DNA of 64,000 nucleotides, taken from NCBI GenBank assembly GCA_964016885.1, contig OZ024744.1, positions 76,756,001 to 76,820,000 on the forward strand, given 5' to 3'. A program made the position numbers and the translations under genes. Below, piece by piece: positions 1-14,101 of the stretch (its first letter is position 1; every line of letters begins with the position of its first letter). The DNA is from Eledone cirrhosa (lineage: Eukaryota). Below the pieces are notes generated by a model, which was given only the letters and a program-made list of their open reading frames with translations, did not search any database and had not been told where the DNA came from.

Positions 1-1
1 T

Positions 2-52
2 GGTCTTGATTATACAATTCCAATATAATATTGGAATTGTATAATCAAGACC
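2..52. repeat. Perfect 25-bp inverted repeat with 1-nt spacer
   Basis: ggtcttgattatacaattccaatat-a-atattggaattgtataatcaagacc; lies just upstream of an HHR motif. Confidence 0.9.
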
Positions 53-83
53 GTAGCGGTATGTCATATATCAAATCATATAT

Positions 84-143
84 TTTATCTGATGAAGACA
101 TACTGAAAAAACAACACAGTACCTTTGAAATATATTTAATAAA
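84..143 (+). ncRNA. Minimal type-I hammerhead ribozyme motif
   Basis: tttat-CTGATGA-stem II (tactg/cagta)-GAAA-tatat-TTA-ataaa; stem I tttat/ataaa; palindromic stem III aaatatattt. Confidence 0.7.
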
Positions 144-437
144 GCATATACATTTGTTAATATTTTGAATAATATATATATATATATATGGTGGCTGCGA
201 ACTCGTTTTCGAGTACGGCCACTACTTTATATCCATGTAGGAGAACCCCTACCGATGCGCTGAACGAGTGTGACTTTTTAGTCCAGCCAGCGACTTGAAA
301 ACTCTGGTACAAACACTACACTTGTGACAATTATTGACACATAGTGCTGGGCCCTTGGTACCATGTGACGACAAGTGCAGAGAGATCTCCAGATATAAAG
401 CAATGCCTGTGCCGTGAAGCTTTTATAGTGATATATA

Positions 438-440
<3 letters not shown>

Positions 441-510
<70 letters not shown>
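441..510. repeat. (TA)n microsatellite
   Basis: Direct reading; one of many (TA)n arrays that explain the YIYIYI ORFs. Confidence 0.95.
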
Positions 511-518
<8 letters not shown>

Positions 519-519
<1 letters not shown>

Positions 520-570
520 CATGCAAGCGTGGAAGATGGACGTTAAACGATGATGATGAAGATGATGATA
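519..570 (+). mobile_element. RTE-type 3' tail fragment with (GAT)n
   Basis: ccatgcaagcgtggaagatggacgttaaacgatgatgat, same tail as the RTE fragment at 8110 and copies at ~6885, ~46980 and ~48800. Confidence 0.65.
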
Positions 571-590
571 TACATTATATATATATATAT

Positions 591-3500
591 ATCTTAGTCT
601 TAGTCTTAGTTCCTCCAGTCCCTTGTGGAACATTGGGTGACGAGCTTCCTCCACTTGATCCTGTCACTGGCGGCCCTTCTAACACCTCTCCAGGTAATTC
701 CCATCTACTGCAGGTCCTCCCTGAATGTGCTCCGCCATGTTTTTCGTGGTCTTCCTCGTTTTCACCTGCCACCTTCTGCTACCCAATCCATGGCAATATG
801 AGCAGGTCGATCTGCCGGCAAACAAAGGATGTGGCCCGCGAACCGCCGTCTCCTTTTCCGGACAATGTCCCTTAACCTCTCCAATCCTGACCTCCTCATC
901 ACTTCCTCGTTGCTAACTTGGTCTCTCCATGAAATTTTCAATATGGTCCGAATGCAACGACAGTGGAATACATCAAGCTTGTTACATACACTTTCCGTAC
1001 TCTTCCATGTCTCACAGGCATATATCGCTGTTGGTACTACAATGGACATGTAAACACGGAATTTGACGGCGTTGTCGATGGAACACCTGGACCATACCGG
1101 ACGGAGTCGCTAGAAGACCGCCGCTGCTTTTCCCAGCCTTGTGCGCACATCCACCTCAGCATCCCCATCGTCAGAGATGTTGCTGCCAAGGTATTGGAAG
1201 TGGTTTACACACTCAATGTTACGCTGACCAACCATGATGGGAGGATTTGGAGGGTCACCTGTCGACATGGTCTTGGTTTTTTCACAACTGATGCGCAGGC
1301 CAACTTTCTCTGCATTGTCATTTAGGACGTTTGTAATCTCTTGCAGGTCTTCTCGGGAATGGCCTATCACTGCGATGTCATCGGCAAAGTCCAGATCGCT
1401 TAATCTCCTTCCATCCCAGCTGATGCCAAAATGAAGATCACTCATTGTCTTCTTCATGATGAAATCGATGACAATGAGGAAAAGGAAAGGCAAAAGGATG
1501 CAGCCCTGTCGAACCACCATCAAGATGTCAAACATTTCCATGTTTCCGTCCTTTGTCCTAACGCAGCACCTGGAATGTCGGTACAGCGACCTGAAGATGT
1601 TAATATATTTCTCTGGGACACCGTAGAGTCTTACAATCTTCCACAATGACTCCCGATGAACACTGTCGAAAGCTTTCCTGAAGTCAATGTAGTTGACAAC
1701 AAGGAACTTGTGGAACTCCCGACATTATTCAATGATATTTCGGAGAGTGAAGATCTGCTCTGAACAAGACTTTCCACTGCGGAAGCCAGCCTGTTCGTCT
1801 CGAAGATGACGATCTACTTCTGCTCTCAGCCGGTTCAGGATGACTGTGCAGAATACCTTCCCTGGCACTGATAGCAACGTGATCCCTCTCAAGTTGTTGC
1901 AGTCGCTGAAACAGCCCTTCTTCGGTAGTGGTACAATCACTCCATTTCCCCATTCCTCCGGCACCTCCTCTTCTTGCCAAATCACATTGCATAAATGGGT
2001 GAGCTGCTCCTCTATTACATCCTTGCCGTGCTTCAGAAGCTCTGCAGGAATCTCATCCAGCCATGCTGCTTTGTTATTCTTTTGGCAGCAGATGGCCTTG
2101 GCCACCTCAGCTCTTGTGATGTCGTCTAGTCGTACATCCAGCCGGTAGCTCGCTTCCTCCCAGCCAAGCTCGAAGACTGTGTTAGGGGATGGCTGATTGA
2201 GGACCTCACGAAAGTGTTCGTTCCACCTCTGGGCCTGCTCTTCACTGGCTGCAAGCATCCGACCATCTTTGCTCTTGATTGGCAAGCTGCTTCCACTTCG
2301 TCCTCCAGTTAGCTCCCTGACGATCCGGTACAGCATCTTGGAATCATTTCGATCTGCTTCCACCTGTACCTCTGCAGCCCGATCTTCTAACCACTGGCGC
2401 TTGTCTTTTGGACAGCTCTTCTTTACTTCCTTGTCAAGACGTCTGTACTCTTTGTCCACTTCCTTCCATTGCTGTCGAGTTTTGGTTTGATCTCTTTTGT
2501 TCTTAACATCCTTCCTCTCGTCAATGAGATTCCATGAAGTACTGCTGATCCACTGTTCCCAGTTGGTCCCCCTTCTTCTACCAATAACTACATCAGTACT
2601 CGCCCTGGCTGCCTGAGCAAACATCTGCCACTGGTCTTCACGGTTCTCTGCGTGCTGTAGTTCTTGGAACATATTCCTGATCTCCAGGTAGAATCCCTTT
2701 GACGTGCCTTGGTCTTGCAGGCTTGCGACAGCATATGGCCTCACAGACCTATTTTCTTTGTTCTTCTTCAACCTCAAGCGGATTTTTCCAATCACAAGAT
2801 GAGGGTCAGATCCGACGTCTGCCCCTCAGTAGGTGCGAACATCCAAGAGAGAGGAACGTCACCTCGTGCCAATGCAGATATAATCAATCTCATTCCTGGT
2901 GTTGCCATCAGGGGAAGTCCATGTCATCTTGTGAATCCGCCTATGGGTGAAGAATGTATTCCCAATGGAGAGGTTGCTGATACAGCTCAGGGACAGCAAC
3001 CGTTCCCCGTTGTTATTGGTGGAATCAGCTGAACCGTTGGGGCAAATGGCTGAATGCATTTCTCTCCTGTCTCCATCCAGCCTGGCATTGAAGTCACCAA
3101 TCACCAGCCTAATGTCTGACCTGGGTGTTTCCTCTAGGACATCCTGCAATTGGATAAATAAGGTATCCTTATCTTCATCTGAGGCACCTTCAGTCGGGGC
3201 GTAGACTTGCACTACGGTCACCTTGGTTAACCTTGTACTCAATCTGACAGTAATAATTCGTTCACTCACTGGTCTCCCTCCCACAAGAGCCCGTGATACA
3301 TCTCCGGTGAGGATGATACCAACTCCGTGGACATGGTGGTCATCATCATCGGAGTAGAGAATAGTCATGCCTCCGCTGTCGAGTCGTCCCCGTCCTATCC
3401 ACCTCGTCTCGTTGATGCCCATGATGTCAAGGCGATATTCTCTCATCTCTTTCAGCATCTGCTCCATCCGCCCGTCCCGAAAGAGCGTGCGAACATTCCA

Positions 3501-3725
3501 GGTGCCTACTCTTGTGTTTGATTTGGCGTTGAAGATAGGACTTATCCGCGGTCAGGCCTCCTTTCGGCTTTGACCCGGCCCCATCATAGGTGCATCCAGG
3601 GATGACGTGTCTTCTCTTTTTCGTCGTTTATGTAGCGGTGAAAAGTTTTTACAGGGGTAGGGCTGCTAACCCCACGCCCCAACCCTCCTCCTTTCTCAAC
3701 CGGGCTAGGGACCGGCTAAGGCGGA

Positions 3726-3728
<3 letters not shown>
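591..3728 (-). mobile_element. RTE-clade LINE, near full length, decayed, inserted in (TA)n
   Basis: APE endonuclease (GINETRW, QVYAPT, GDFNA, NEIDYI) and RT (LRGITLLS, QAGFR, RQGCIL, DLDFADD, YLGS), C-terminal YACETW; 3' tail of (GACTAA) repeats; (TA)n on both sides. Confidence 0.93.
762..3467 (-). pseudogene. RTE endonuclease-reverse transcriptase ORF broken by stops/frameshifts
   Basis: Collinear fragments 2859-3467, 1725-2795, 1110-1646 and 762-1049. Confidence 0.9.
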
Positions 3729-3788
<60 letters not shown>

Positions 3789-3795
3789 AAAATGC

Positions 3796-3873
3796 TTCTC
3801 TGATGATCTTTGCTTTTCCATTAATATCTACGTGATATCTAATGTTTTGCAAAGTGAAACTGTACAGTTAGGG
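3796..3873 (+). ncRNA. Hammerhead ribozyme (copy 1 of tandem pair)
   Basis: ttct-CTGATGA-t-ctttgc...gcaaag-t-GAAA-ctgtacag-TT-aggg; palindromic stem III actgtacagt; GUU site. Confidence 0.8.
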
Positions 3874-4319
3874 CCATTTGAATAGGTAAATATTTATATT
3901 ATATTTTTTAATTTTGATTAATTTTAATTGTATATTAATTTTGATTTATTTTGAAAAATTGGTTGAATTTTACTTGTTCTGCTTATCTTGATATTAAGTT
4001 CTGGTATATCAAATTATTACCATAGAACCACCTTAAATCATAGACACACTATATATTTCCGGGGGTACATTGTACCCTCAGATATATATTAACCTTATTC
4101 AATATTCTCCAGTAAGTAGAGAAAAATCTTGTCGTTCTATTTAGTTACTAAAAATCTTTTTTGGTAGCGATCATAGACGGCTAGTCTATGATTTCCCGCC
4201 TTCACTATACACCAACTTATTTATGGGTCACTTTCACGACCTTTCAGACTTGTATTAGTTGGAGTGAGGTCATATATTTTGTTGTTCCTGGGGTTTTTAA
4301 CCCTAGGATAGGAAAATGC

Positions 4320-4397
4320 TTCTCTGATGATCTTTGCTTTTCCATTAATATCTACGTGATATCTAATGTTTTGCAAAGTGAAACTGTACAGTTAGGG
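4320..4397 (+). ncRNA. Hammerhead ribozyme (copy 2 of tandem pair)
   Basis: Same sequence as 3796-3873, 524 nt downstream. Confidence 0.8.
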
Positions 4398-4745
4398 CCA
4401 TTTGAATAGGTAAATATTTATATTATATTTTTTAATTTTGATTAATTTTAATTGTATATTAATTTTGATTTATTTTGAAAAATTGGTTGAATTTTACTTG
4501 TTCTGCTTATCTTGATATATATATATATATATATATATATTTCGTTTCTGAATTTGTTTAGCAAGATTCTTTGTCTGAAAACGTGTGTTGAAACCGATAT
4601 TGTTATACTTTGGGAGGGTCATGTTGCCAATAAGAAACACACGCACCAGTTGCTTTCACTTCATTATAATAAATTTATAAATTTAGGAATTTATAAATTT
4701 CCGGTTGGTTGGTTGGTTCCACAACCAGATGGTTGTTTATATATT

Positions 4746-4787
4746 GTCAAAGTTTTTCGTCACACATTCTGTGACCTCTTCAGTGAC
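4746..4787 (-). ncRNA. Minimal hammerhead ribozyme motif
   Basis: Reverse strand gtca-CTGAAGA-g-gtcaca-gaatg-tgtgac-GAAA-aac-TT-tgac; a fold-back at 4822-4908 lies at the element's 5' side. Confidence 0.65.
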
Positions 4788-4899
4788 TGGGGATTCTTTT
4801 CTTTGTGTTTGTGCCTCTCCTTTGTTCTGTCCTACGCGATTTTGTTTCTGTTTGTGTGTTGTGGGCACACAACACACACACAGAAACAAAAAGGCGTAG

Positions 4900-6645
4900 G
4901 ACAGAACAGGGACCTCTGGAAGTTGTCCATATGTCCCAGGCGGAAAGTCCTACCGAACAGATTGGTGAGTTCGTCGTCTTCGACGCCTAGAGTCTCCCCC
5001 GAGCACGTCGTCGCACTTGTAAAGTACTAACCCCCTATAGAATGTTGAAGTGGAGTCTCCACTGATTGCTGTGCCCGCTTGACAGAGGACTGTGAGCGCC
5101 TGGGCGCATTCAATGTACCAGGCGCCCATCTTCTTCGGTCTTTGCTTGACTCAGGACTGCAGCTCCGTCAGCGAGACAAGTTGTGGGAAGGCCTGTCTCA
5201 CAATGCCCACACTGGTTGGTCGGTGAGGAATGCCTGGTGATGCCGTAGCCTCAGCGCATGTTTGCGCATCATTAGCCACGGCATGCCCAGCCCTCCGTTG
5301 GAAGGGTGTTGACAGCAGATGGATCTTCTCACCAGTGGAGCCTTCTTCCACAGGAACTGGAAGAGCATGCGTTCCATCTTGGTGAGGTATTCACGGGGAC
5401 AAGGCACGACAATCAAGTGGTAGTAGATGACGGACGCTATGAAAGTGTTCGCCACCTCCGCTCGACCTTTCAAAAGACAGTTTACACTCTGCCCACTTCT
5501 GGGTGAACGCAAATACCTTGGCCATGACCTCGTTCCAGTTTTTCTCCACCTGGAGGTCTGGACCGAACCAGACCCCGAGCAATTTCACCGGTCTGTCCGT
5601 CCAGCGTCCAACAATGCTGTCGGACGTCATCGGTTTGCCTCTCTACGTTCCGAGTTGCAAACCGACAGACTTGTCCGGGTTCAGTTTTGCTCCTGTGAAC
5701 CTTTCGTATTCCTGTAGTACGTTGCCGATTACCTCGATTTCCGAGGTTTTCGACACCATTACCGTCACGTCGTCGGCATAAGCAGACGCCTCTTTTCGCA
5801 GTCCCGCAAAAGCTCCAACGTCCGCAGTAGTGGCTCTAGAGTCAATGCGAACAGAATGGAGGAGAGAGGGCATCCCTGTCGAATGAAACGCATGATTGCG
5901 AACGGCTCCGATAGATAACCGTTCACCTTGACCTTCGAGCAGATGTTAGGGTGCATCGCCTTGATCCAGCCTCTGAAAACGGGACCGAAACTGGCCGCGA
6001 TGGTCGACTCTTTCGAATGCCTTAGACTGATCTAAATTGATCAGAGCCCCACGGAAGCCGGGTTTACACCCCACCCTCTCTATGATGTATTGCATGAGGT
6101 GGAGGTTGTCGTATATGGACCTGGTCTGGATTGCACACATTTGCGCTTTCCCTACCAGGTTCTCGACGACAAGCGCCAGCCTCGTTGCTAGCACCTTGGC
6201 CAAAATCTTTAACTCTGTGTTGAGCATAGTTATGGGCCTGAAATTGTTTATTTCGTCCCCCTTGTTCTAGTCTTTCCTGATCAGCGTTACTATGCCCCTG
6301 CCTGCAGAACTGGTAATTGTCCCGCAGTAGACGGCTTCGAGGACGCCAGAGAACAAGTCCGGCATGCCTATGTAAAACTGATAGGGTAGACCATCTATAC
6401 CGGGTGATTTGCGTTTCCTGCAGCGGCCCAGAGCGTCCCGTATCTCAGTGGCTGTGATCGATCTTTCGCAGAACTCGGCCTCCATGCTCGAGAGACGCGG
6501 CAGGCCGTCGAGGTATGAACCAAAGTCCATTGCCTCGTTCGGTGCACCGTCGTTCTGCTCAAACAGTCACGCAAAGTGTCGCTGAAAGGCCGCGCACATA
6601 TGCCTGGGGTCAAGTAGCACACGTCCGATTTAGGATTTCAAAGAC
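4900..6645 (-). mobile_element. Tx1/L1-clade LINE ORF2 fragment, decayed
   Basis: KSPGIDGLP, LNTELKIL, LDQSKAF, RQGCPLS, AYADDVT, GGLGMP motifs over several frames. Confidence 0.9.
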
Positions 6646-6834
6646 CTATTTTCACTAGCTCTGACAGTTGACAGGTAAAATGTATATCGTACTGATAAAG
6701 GGTAATCACCCAGAAACATTAGCGTCTGCTGTTCAGTTTGTATGCCAACACAAGTGCAAGAATGACGAGGTCATTCTACTGACATGGTGTAAGGGGCTGT
6801 TTGCATAATTTCAAACGAATTGAATATTATTATT

Positions 6835-6986
6835 GGTCGAGCGAGACAACCCATGTTGCCTCAAGTGGGACAATTCCCGTTTAAACCCATGCTAGTGTGG
6901 CAGATAGACGTTAAACGATGATGATGATGATGATGATGATGAGGATGATGATGATTATGATGATGATGATGATGATGATGATGATT
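6835..6986 (+). mobile_element. RTE-type 3' tail with (GAT)n
   Basis: aaacccatgctagtgtggcagatagacgttaaacgatgatg... Confidence 0.6.
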
Positions 6987-7981
6987 CAAGAGGCTCAGGT
7001 TTGCATATATATATATATATAAATATATCATCATCGTCGTTGTTATGTCTGCTTTTCCATGCTTGCATGGGTTAGACAGTTCCTTCTCAGCACGGCATCT
7101 CCCTACTTGTCATATTCCTTCGTCATCTTCTCAGTCAGTTTTAATGATTTGTGGTCAGCTCTCACAACCTCTGCCCAGATCTTTCTTGGTCATCCTCCCT
7201 CTACTGTGGTTTGCTTTCACTGGGATTTACTGGTAAAGAACCAGTGCACCCTGTAATGTGGTTGTGTTGATGACAAGAAAAAAATCTCCCAGTTCCCTCT
7301 GTATGGTTGTCGTGATGGTGACACAAGCTCAATGCACTCAGTCCACACTCCAATTGTCATATTTGTGCCACAATGAAAAAAATCACTCAGTCCACCCTGT
7401 CAGGTGGTCGTTCTGGTACCACAATAAAAAGCACCAAGTCTATTTAATACTGTAACATGGATAGTGGTAGGAAAGCAACCCAGCCTTAGAAACCAACCCA
7501 AAGTACACACCCACATGAGCAAGACATGTGTTGAATGAATTTGTTTTTGCAATTGCATGGTTTTAAGTTCAGTCTCATCGCATCACACCTTAAATAAATG
7601 TCTTCAAGTATAGTCTTGTGTTGACTAATCTGAGTGGTATTTGGTTTTGGTTGATGGAGACTGTGTGGAAGCCTCTCATGCATATATATGTCTGTCTTTA
7701 TGTTTTATATAAAATCATATTACAAGATTTAATTTAAATATGAATCCTTTAACCCTTTAGCATTTACATTACTTTATATTTACTCTATATTTACTATTGT
7801 ATTTTCAAGTTAAAGGCTTTATCACGCATAATATCAAATCTACGAGATTTTGATGATATTTATTTTGAGAACAATAATTTAACATTGGTATAAGTGGTCG
7901 GTCACAGCTGGTTTGAACAAAAAGAGGTGAGAGAATTCTAGCCAGATATGGCCAGTTTGAACATCTAAAGGGTTAAAACAC

Positions 7982-8012
<31 letters not shown>

Positions 8013-8109
8013 AGAGTAAGGTTATATGAAAGAGTTGGGACCACGAAGGCTGAGCTCTTGCCATTTCAACAGATAGTTCAGGGTCCTGACTCTTTCATAT
8101 ATATATATA

Positions 8110-8727
8110 TCATCATCATCGTTTAACGTCTATCTTCCACGTTAGCATGGGTTTAGACGGGAATTATCTCACTTGAGGCAAGATTAGTCGTCTCGCTCGT
8201 ATAGGACTGTCTGCCAGGTTTTCTACGGCTGGATGCCCTTCCTAACACCAACCAACGTTTACAGTGTGGACTGGGAGGTTTTTACCGTGTTACCTACACG
8301 GCCACATTACAGCGTGGACTGTGTGTTTTTTTTGTCGTGACACCTACACGACCTCATTTATTTAGGACTGGATGTAGCGGTACCAACTTTACAGAGAAAG
8401 GGTGGTGTTGGCGGGAGTGGGAGGATGGAATGGAGTAGTGGGTTGGGGGGTATGTTTGGTTTGGAGGCACCTACTGACTGTAGGTTAACTTTGCACATAG
8501 GGAAGGTGGGTCTTCTGTATACTGCGTAGCGCCAAAGGTCCCGGTCCAGTGACATTGTCTTAGAGAGGTGTAAGTATGCAAAGTCGGACTTTATCGTGTC
8601 GTCCCAGGTTTTTCTGGGTCTACCTACTCCGCAACTACTATCAATTTTGATCGCCCTGCACTTTTTTATACAGCTGTCGTCTTTCATGCAAATCACGTGA
8701 CCGTACCAACGTAATCTTCTCTCAAGT
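8110..8727 (-). mobile_element. 5'-truncated RTE LINE (3' end)
   Basis: RRLRWYGHV...VGRPRKTW...DRDLWR; same family as 19850-21055; (GAT)n tail. Confidence 0.85.
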
Positions 8728-8943
8728 AATATATATATACATATATAAATGTCAAAGAATATTTTTCCATGAAATAGACAGGGGCTGAATTTTTCTTAAG
8801 TCAGCTAAGATTTAATCTCTGTAAAATATGTTATACGATAAGACAAAATTTTGATGGGACCTGAAGCATTCATCTCAATCAGCCAACTGGGAAATGTCTG
8901 CCATTGTTACGAAATCTTATGAAATCAGGAATTTCAAGTAGTA

Positions 8944-9716
<773 letters not shown>

Positions 9717-9717
<1 letters not shown>

Positions 9718-9745
9718 TAGCAGTGTATCCCGGCGTTGCACGGGT
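9717..9745 (-). mobile_element. Helitron 3' terminus (hairpin + CTAG)
   Basis: Reverse strand cccgtgcaacgccggg-atacactg-CTAG|T. Confidence 0.65.
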
Positions 9746-10191
9746 AAGAACATTTGTAATAGCACCTCCAATGAGAAACGTTTATTTGTGAGTACCTGTT
9801 AAAAACTCACGAAAATATACCGACAGGAAACTTGTTTTATTTGGAGAAAATTAAGAAGTTGAAAGTACAGTTTAGCTGTCTACGTGCATTGTTCATAGAA
9901 ATATTGTTGAGTCCCTTCTTTTCATACTCCTCTGTTTTGACCTATTACAGTAAATGTGAAAGAGAAAGTCACAGGTTAAGTTGGCAGAAGGTTCCAGTGT
10001 CATAGCAGTAAGGCGTAGGCTACTTACCTCAAAAGTTCATTCGCACTCTTTCCACTAAGTTACTCTTTCTCTCTAGCTCTCACGGTGCAGTCCCTTGCGA
10101 ATTATATTATGTATACTCCAGTCCTACAAACTGTAGAGTGCTTCTTATCCGATATCTGCATTGCTTTATTGTACTACAATAAAACTCACCT

Positions 10192-10263
<72 letters not shown>

Positions 10264-10648
10264 TACATTGAAGGTCGCTTTAACCCGTCTTTTATTATTC
10301 AAAAAACTTCTTTCCAATAAACATTAACCCAAATTTGCACCATAGATATAACTTTTTCCAAGTAAAAAAGTGAGGGTATTTTTGCGTACTCAATTTTGTT
10401 AAAAGATAAAAGAGATTATTTAAATATTCACTTCTTTAAAATTTCAAACGTCAACACTTCCGGTTATACGTCATTCCTCAATTTTTCTTATGACGTCGCA
10501 CAACATTCGCCTCTTTTTCTTAGTCTGTCTTTTTAGATAGATACATAGCTATAACATAGCGCCCTTATATGTCTCTGTATGTCTGGCTGTCTGCATTAGA
10601 TAACGTTTTTCAAAATATTTACTTCTGCGTTCACAGACGGATTTTTTT

Positions 10649-10699
10649 AGTTTCAGAAGATCCCGTTAAGGGTGAAAGCAGCGATTCTTTGCTTAAACT
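10649..10699 (+). ncRNA. Hammerhead-like motif with variant CAGAAGA core
   Basis: agttt-CAGAAGA-t-ccc-gttaa-ggg-t-GAAA-gc...gc-TT-aaact; the family recurs at ~13330 and 41968. Confidence 0.6.
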
Positions 10700-10789
10700 T
10701 TAACCTGTTATTTTAATATATATATTCGTGTACAGATATTTTTGCATACACGAAAACAAAAACCTATTTATTTCACGAAAGCACAGATG

Positions 10790-11665
10790 GCTTATTGTCA
10801 TTGTTACTGTTCGAGGTTAGAGGACCACAGTCTTTCCAAGATTTGAGAACCATCAATGGCCATCAATGTTCCACTTACCGTTTGGCTTGCCAGATGCGTG
10901 GTATGTTACACGATGACAGCCATTGGCACCTCACTCTGCAAGTAACAGCAACTGTCCCTTCTCAGTCCCTTTTCAGCTGCGAAAACTTTTTGCTATTATG
11001 TTGCACAACTGCGATCTCGCCGACCCTCCCGCACTGTGGAACAACCACCGTGACAGTCTAGCTGAGGACATCCAATCGTAACATACGATGTCGTTTTCAA
11101 TGAGGCGCTCATTTGTCTTGAAAACAGTGTCCTGGAGATTGGTGGTAGGCCTCTAAGTCACTACAGTTTACCTGCTCCTGACAGGAGTGTCCAGAGGTCA
11201 ACGTCTACAGAGCATCCCCGCGAGACGAGCTCCAAAATCAGTGATTCTCCCATGGTCAATTGTATGTAGGATGCTTTAGGGTGAGCTCGCGAAACAATCT
11301 CTTCATCTTTGCTCCGGAGGGCCGAACAAAAAATATTGTATACTCTGAGGATCTAACAATGTAATTTAAATATTTTCTGTTAATTGGAATTTCCATTATG
11401 GTTGTACAAATTATTGTTTGTTAAAAAAATGTGTTCTCTGTTCAGCCTTTATTGTTGTAACTATCAAGTTTCTTTAACGTACTGGCTGCTGAACTGGGGA
11501 ATCCTAAAAACTATTCAAACCCAACATCAGAGCACCTTAACCCCCCCCCCCTCCTTGCTGACTTGAGAGGGCGTGCGGTATCTTTGCACTGGAGTGTAGG
11601 GGGGATTACTGAAAAGATAAAAGGCCGGAATACCTAGCCAGGCGCCAGCCGGACAGGCCATCTAG
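10790..11665 (+). mobile_element. Internally deleted Helitron (Rep/helicase remnants and 3' end)
   Basis: LLLFEVRGPQSFQDLRTING...TYRLACQMRGMLHDD; C-terminus SHGQLYV..RV..TKNIVY at ~11250-11365; GC-rich segment then CTAG|T at 11662-11666. Confidence 0.85.
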
Positions 11666-11849
11666 TATATATATATATATATATATGTGTATATATATAT
11701 GTATATGTGTATATGTGTGTGTATATGTATATATGTGTATGTATATATATGTATATATAAGTATATATGTATATATATATGTGTTTGTGTGTGTGTAGCG
11801 AATATAATACGTCAGCAATGACGTGTTCGTCAGAATGTCGTTATGCAGA

Positions 11850-12079
11850 CAGCCAGACATACAGACAGATATTATAAGGGCTCAATGGAGATCGATAACC
11901 GGCACCTAACACCCCTTTAACAACAGATAATTGTAAAATAAAACTGCAGTTAGTATCTTTAGATCGCAAAGAATATATAAATGCAAGTTTGAAGTCAATC
12001 GGAGTAGAAATGTGGATTTGTATAGACTTTCCAAAAATGAAGACACACACACAGACAACAACAGTTTTATATATATAGA
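11850..12079 (-). mobile_element. Probable non-autonomous Helitron 5' end
   Basis: Reverse strand A|TCTATATATATAAAA, then GT-rich tract and ccgattgacttcaaactt. Confidence 0.5.
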
Positions 12080-12489
12080 TGATGGCTGCCCTCTCGTTAT
12101 CGAGTATGGCCATTGCACGATATACCATTATTAATAATTATTAATTAATTCTATCGTGCAATGCCTGTGCGTGAAGATATGTTTTAAAGTGAGGAAAGAC
12201 TGTGCACTTAGCCAATCCCGCTCTCTGAGCGACAGTAGCTATAACCCGAAAAGAAGAAAAGATCAACATCATCAGTAACTACTGAGCCGCAGGTTTTATA
12301 TCGGAGTTATCCCAGTTTCCTGAGTTGCCTTCTCCTAGAAGAATGCCCTGACAAAGGTTAGGATTCCTTCACTGCCAGTGGTTTAATCGGCCGGTACATG
12401 TCTATATACATATTTACACAATTTCGGATGGCCGTTGACTCTTATGAGTTCTTCCGCCCTTTGTATGTATATATATATATACATACATA

Positions 12490-12830
<341 letters not shown>

Positions 12831-12949
12831 TGTGTGTGTGTGTATTATTTTTCACGGTAGCCTCCTCCTCCCATTTTGGGGACAGTGTGAGATTTTCTTT
12901 AGAACTGCTGGACTTACAACCTAACAGTTCCTTCTAGCACTGATGGTAA

Positions 12950-13398
12950 TTATCGCTAAATATTGATGTTGATTTAGTTATTAATATTAATATTATTGGG
13001 CACCCACTGAAGATTCGTAAGAGCCCACTTGCATAAGAATCCATTGATTTTACACAAGTTTCTACATAACTTGGTATAATTACACCCACCATGTAGAAAT
13101 CTTACAATGAAATGATTCGGTTGGGAAATGAGATCTTTAATATATCTCATATAAAATAATACAGCTAGGTGTCCACACAATACAATATAGTTAGCACTCC
13201 AAACGTTGAATTGGGAATATACTCCGGTATTTCCTAATATTTGTTGAGTGAGTTGGAAATTTATGGATAAATATATATCAGATTTATAAGAACCGTAGAG
13301 CTAATATTTATTAAAATAACAGAATAAAGGTTAAGCAAAGAATCGCTGCTTTCACCCTTAACGGGATCTTCTGAAGATCCCGTTAAGGGTGAGAGCAG
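12950..13398 (-). mobile_element. Penelope-like non-coding fragment (CAGAAGA-HHR family) ending in a palindrome
   Basis: Matches 41900-42015 and 10650-10715; palindrome 13346-13398 centred on 13372; left boundary uncertain. Confidence 0.6.
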
Positions 13399-14101
13399 GG
13401 TGCTCTTGCCGTAAGCCTGAAGCTTGCCCCCTTCAACAGCATGCAACACACCAGCTGTAATCTATGAAGCTGTGGTCACTTCCAACCGACCAAACGAACC
13501 ACAGGAGGTCAAATCATATGTGGGCATGGCGGAGGGCCGATTCAAGGAGCGTTTCCTGAACCACCAGTCTACCTTCAGATACCCGGACAGACGTTCATCC
13601 ACGAAACTCGCGACCCACGTATGCTCCCTCAAGGACTCAAGTATAGGCTACTCCATTCAATGGAAAGTCATCACTAAGTCCAAGCCATACGCAAGGGGAA
13701 ATCCGACGTGTGGCTTATGTATTGACGAACGAATAACTATCCTAAAGAGATTACGCAATAATGATTGCCTAAACACGCAAAGTGAATTTTTCACACGTTG
13801 TCCACACGTCACCAAACATCTATTGAATAACTACAAGGCTCCGGACTGATTCTTTGTAATTTTATTTTTAATTTTATTTTAACTTTATTTTCAACCTAAA
13901 AACTTTCCGGACTTTCGCAGTTATCTCCCTTACACCTCTCACACGCAGTCTAGTATTGCCTGTGTGAAATGACCGAGTTTCTGCGCATGCGCGTTCGTAC
14001 GGTTGTCCTTCCTGTTCCTATAACCATACACATCTCTAGCTGAAGATCCGCTAAGGTGAAACAATTGTTCTCGGTATGGTGAACTAACTGTTGTGTAACC
14101 A

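Larger units (their letters stand above)
3785..4517 (+). mobile_element. Non-coding retrozyme / non-autonomous Penelope-like element with ~210-bp terminal direct repeats
   Basis: 3785-3994 repeated at ~4309-4517; each repeat holds an HHR; (TA)n on both flanks. Confidence 0.8.

Noticed and set aside
4188-4409. 73-aa ORF in the tandem-HHR element
   Set aside because: No recognisable motif, it overlaps the ribozyme, and its length is compatible with chance
12230-12285. Minus-strand CTGATGA inside a hairpin
   Set aside because: No GAAA or stem III downstream, so not scored as an HHR
13371-13398. Plus-strand canonical CTGAAGA HHR
   Set aside because: The T is the centre of a palindrome, GAAA is mutated to GAGA, and the motif is truncated
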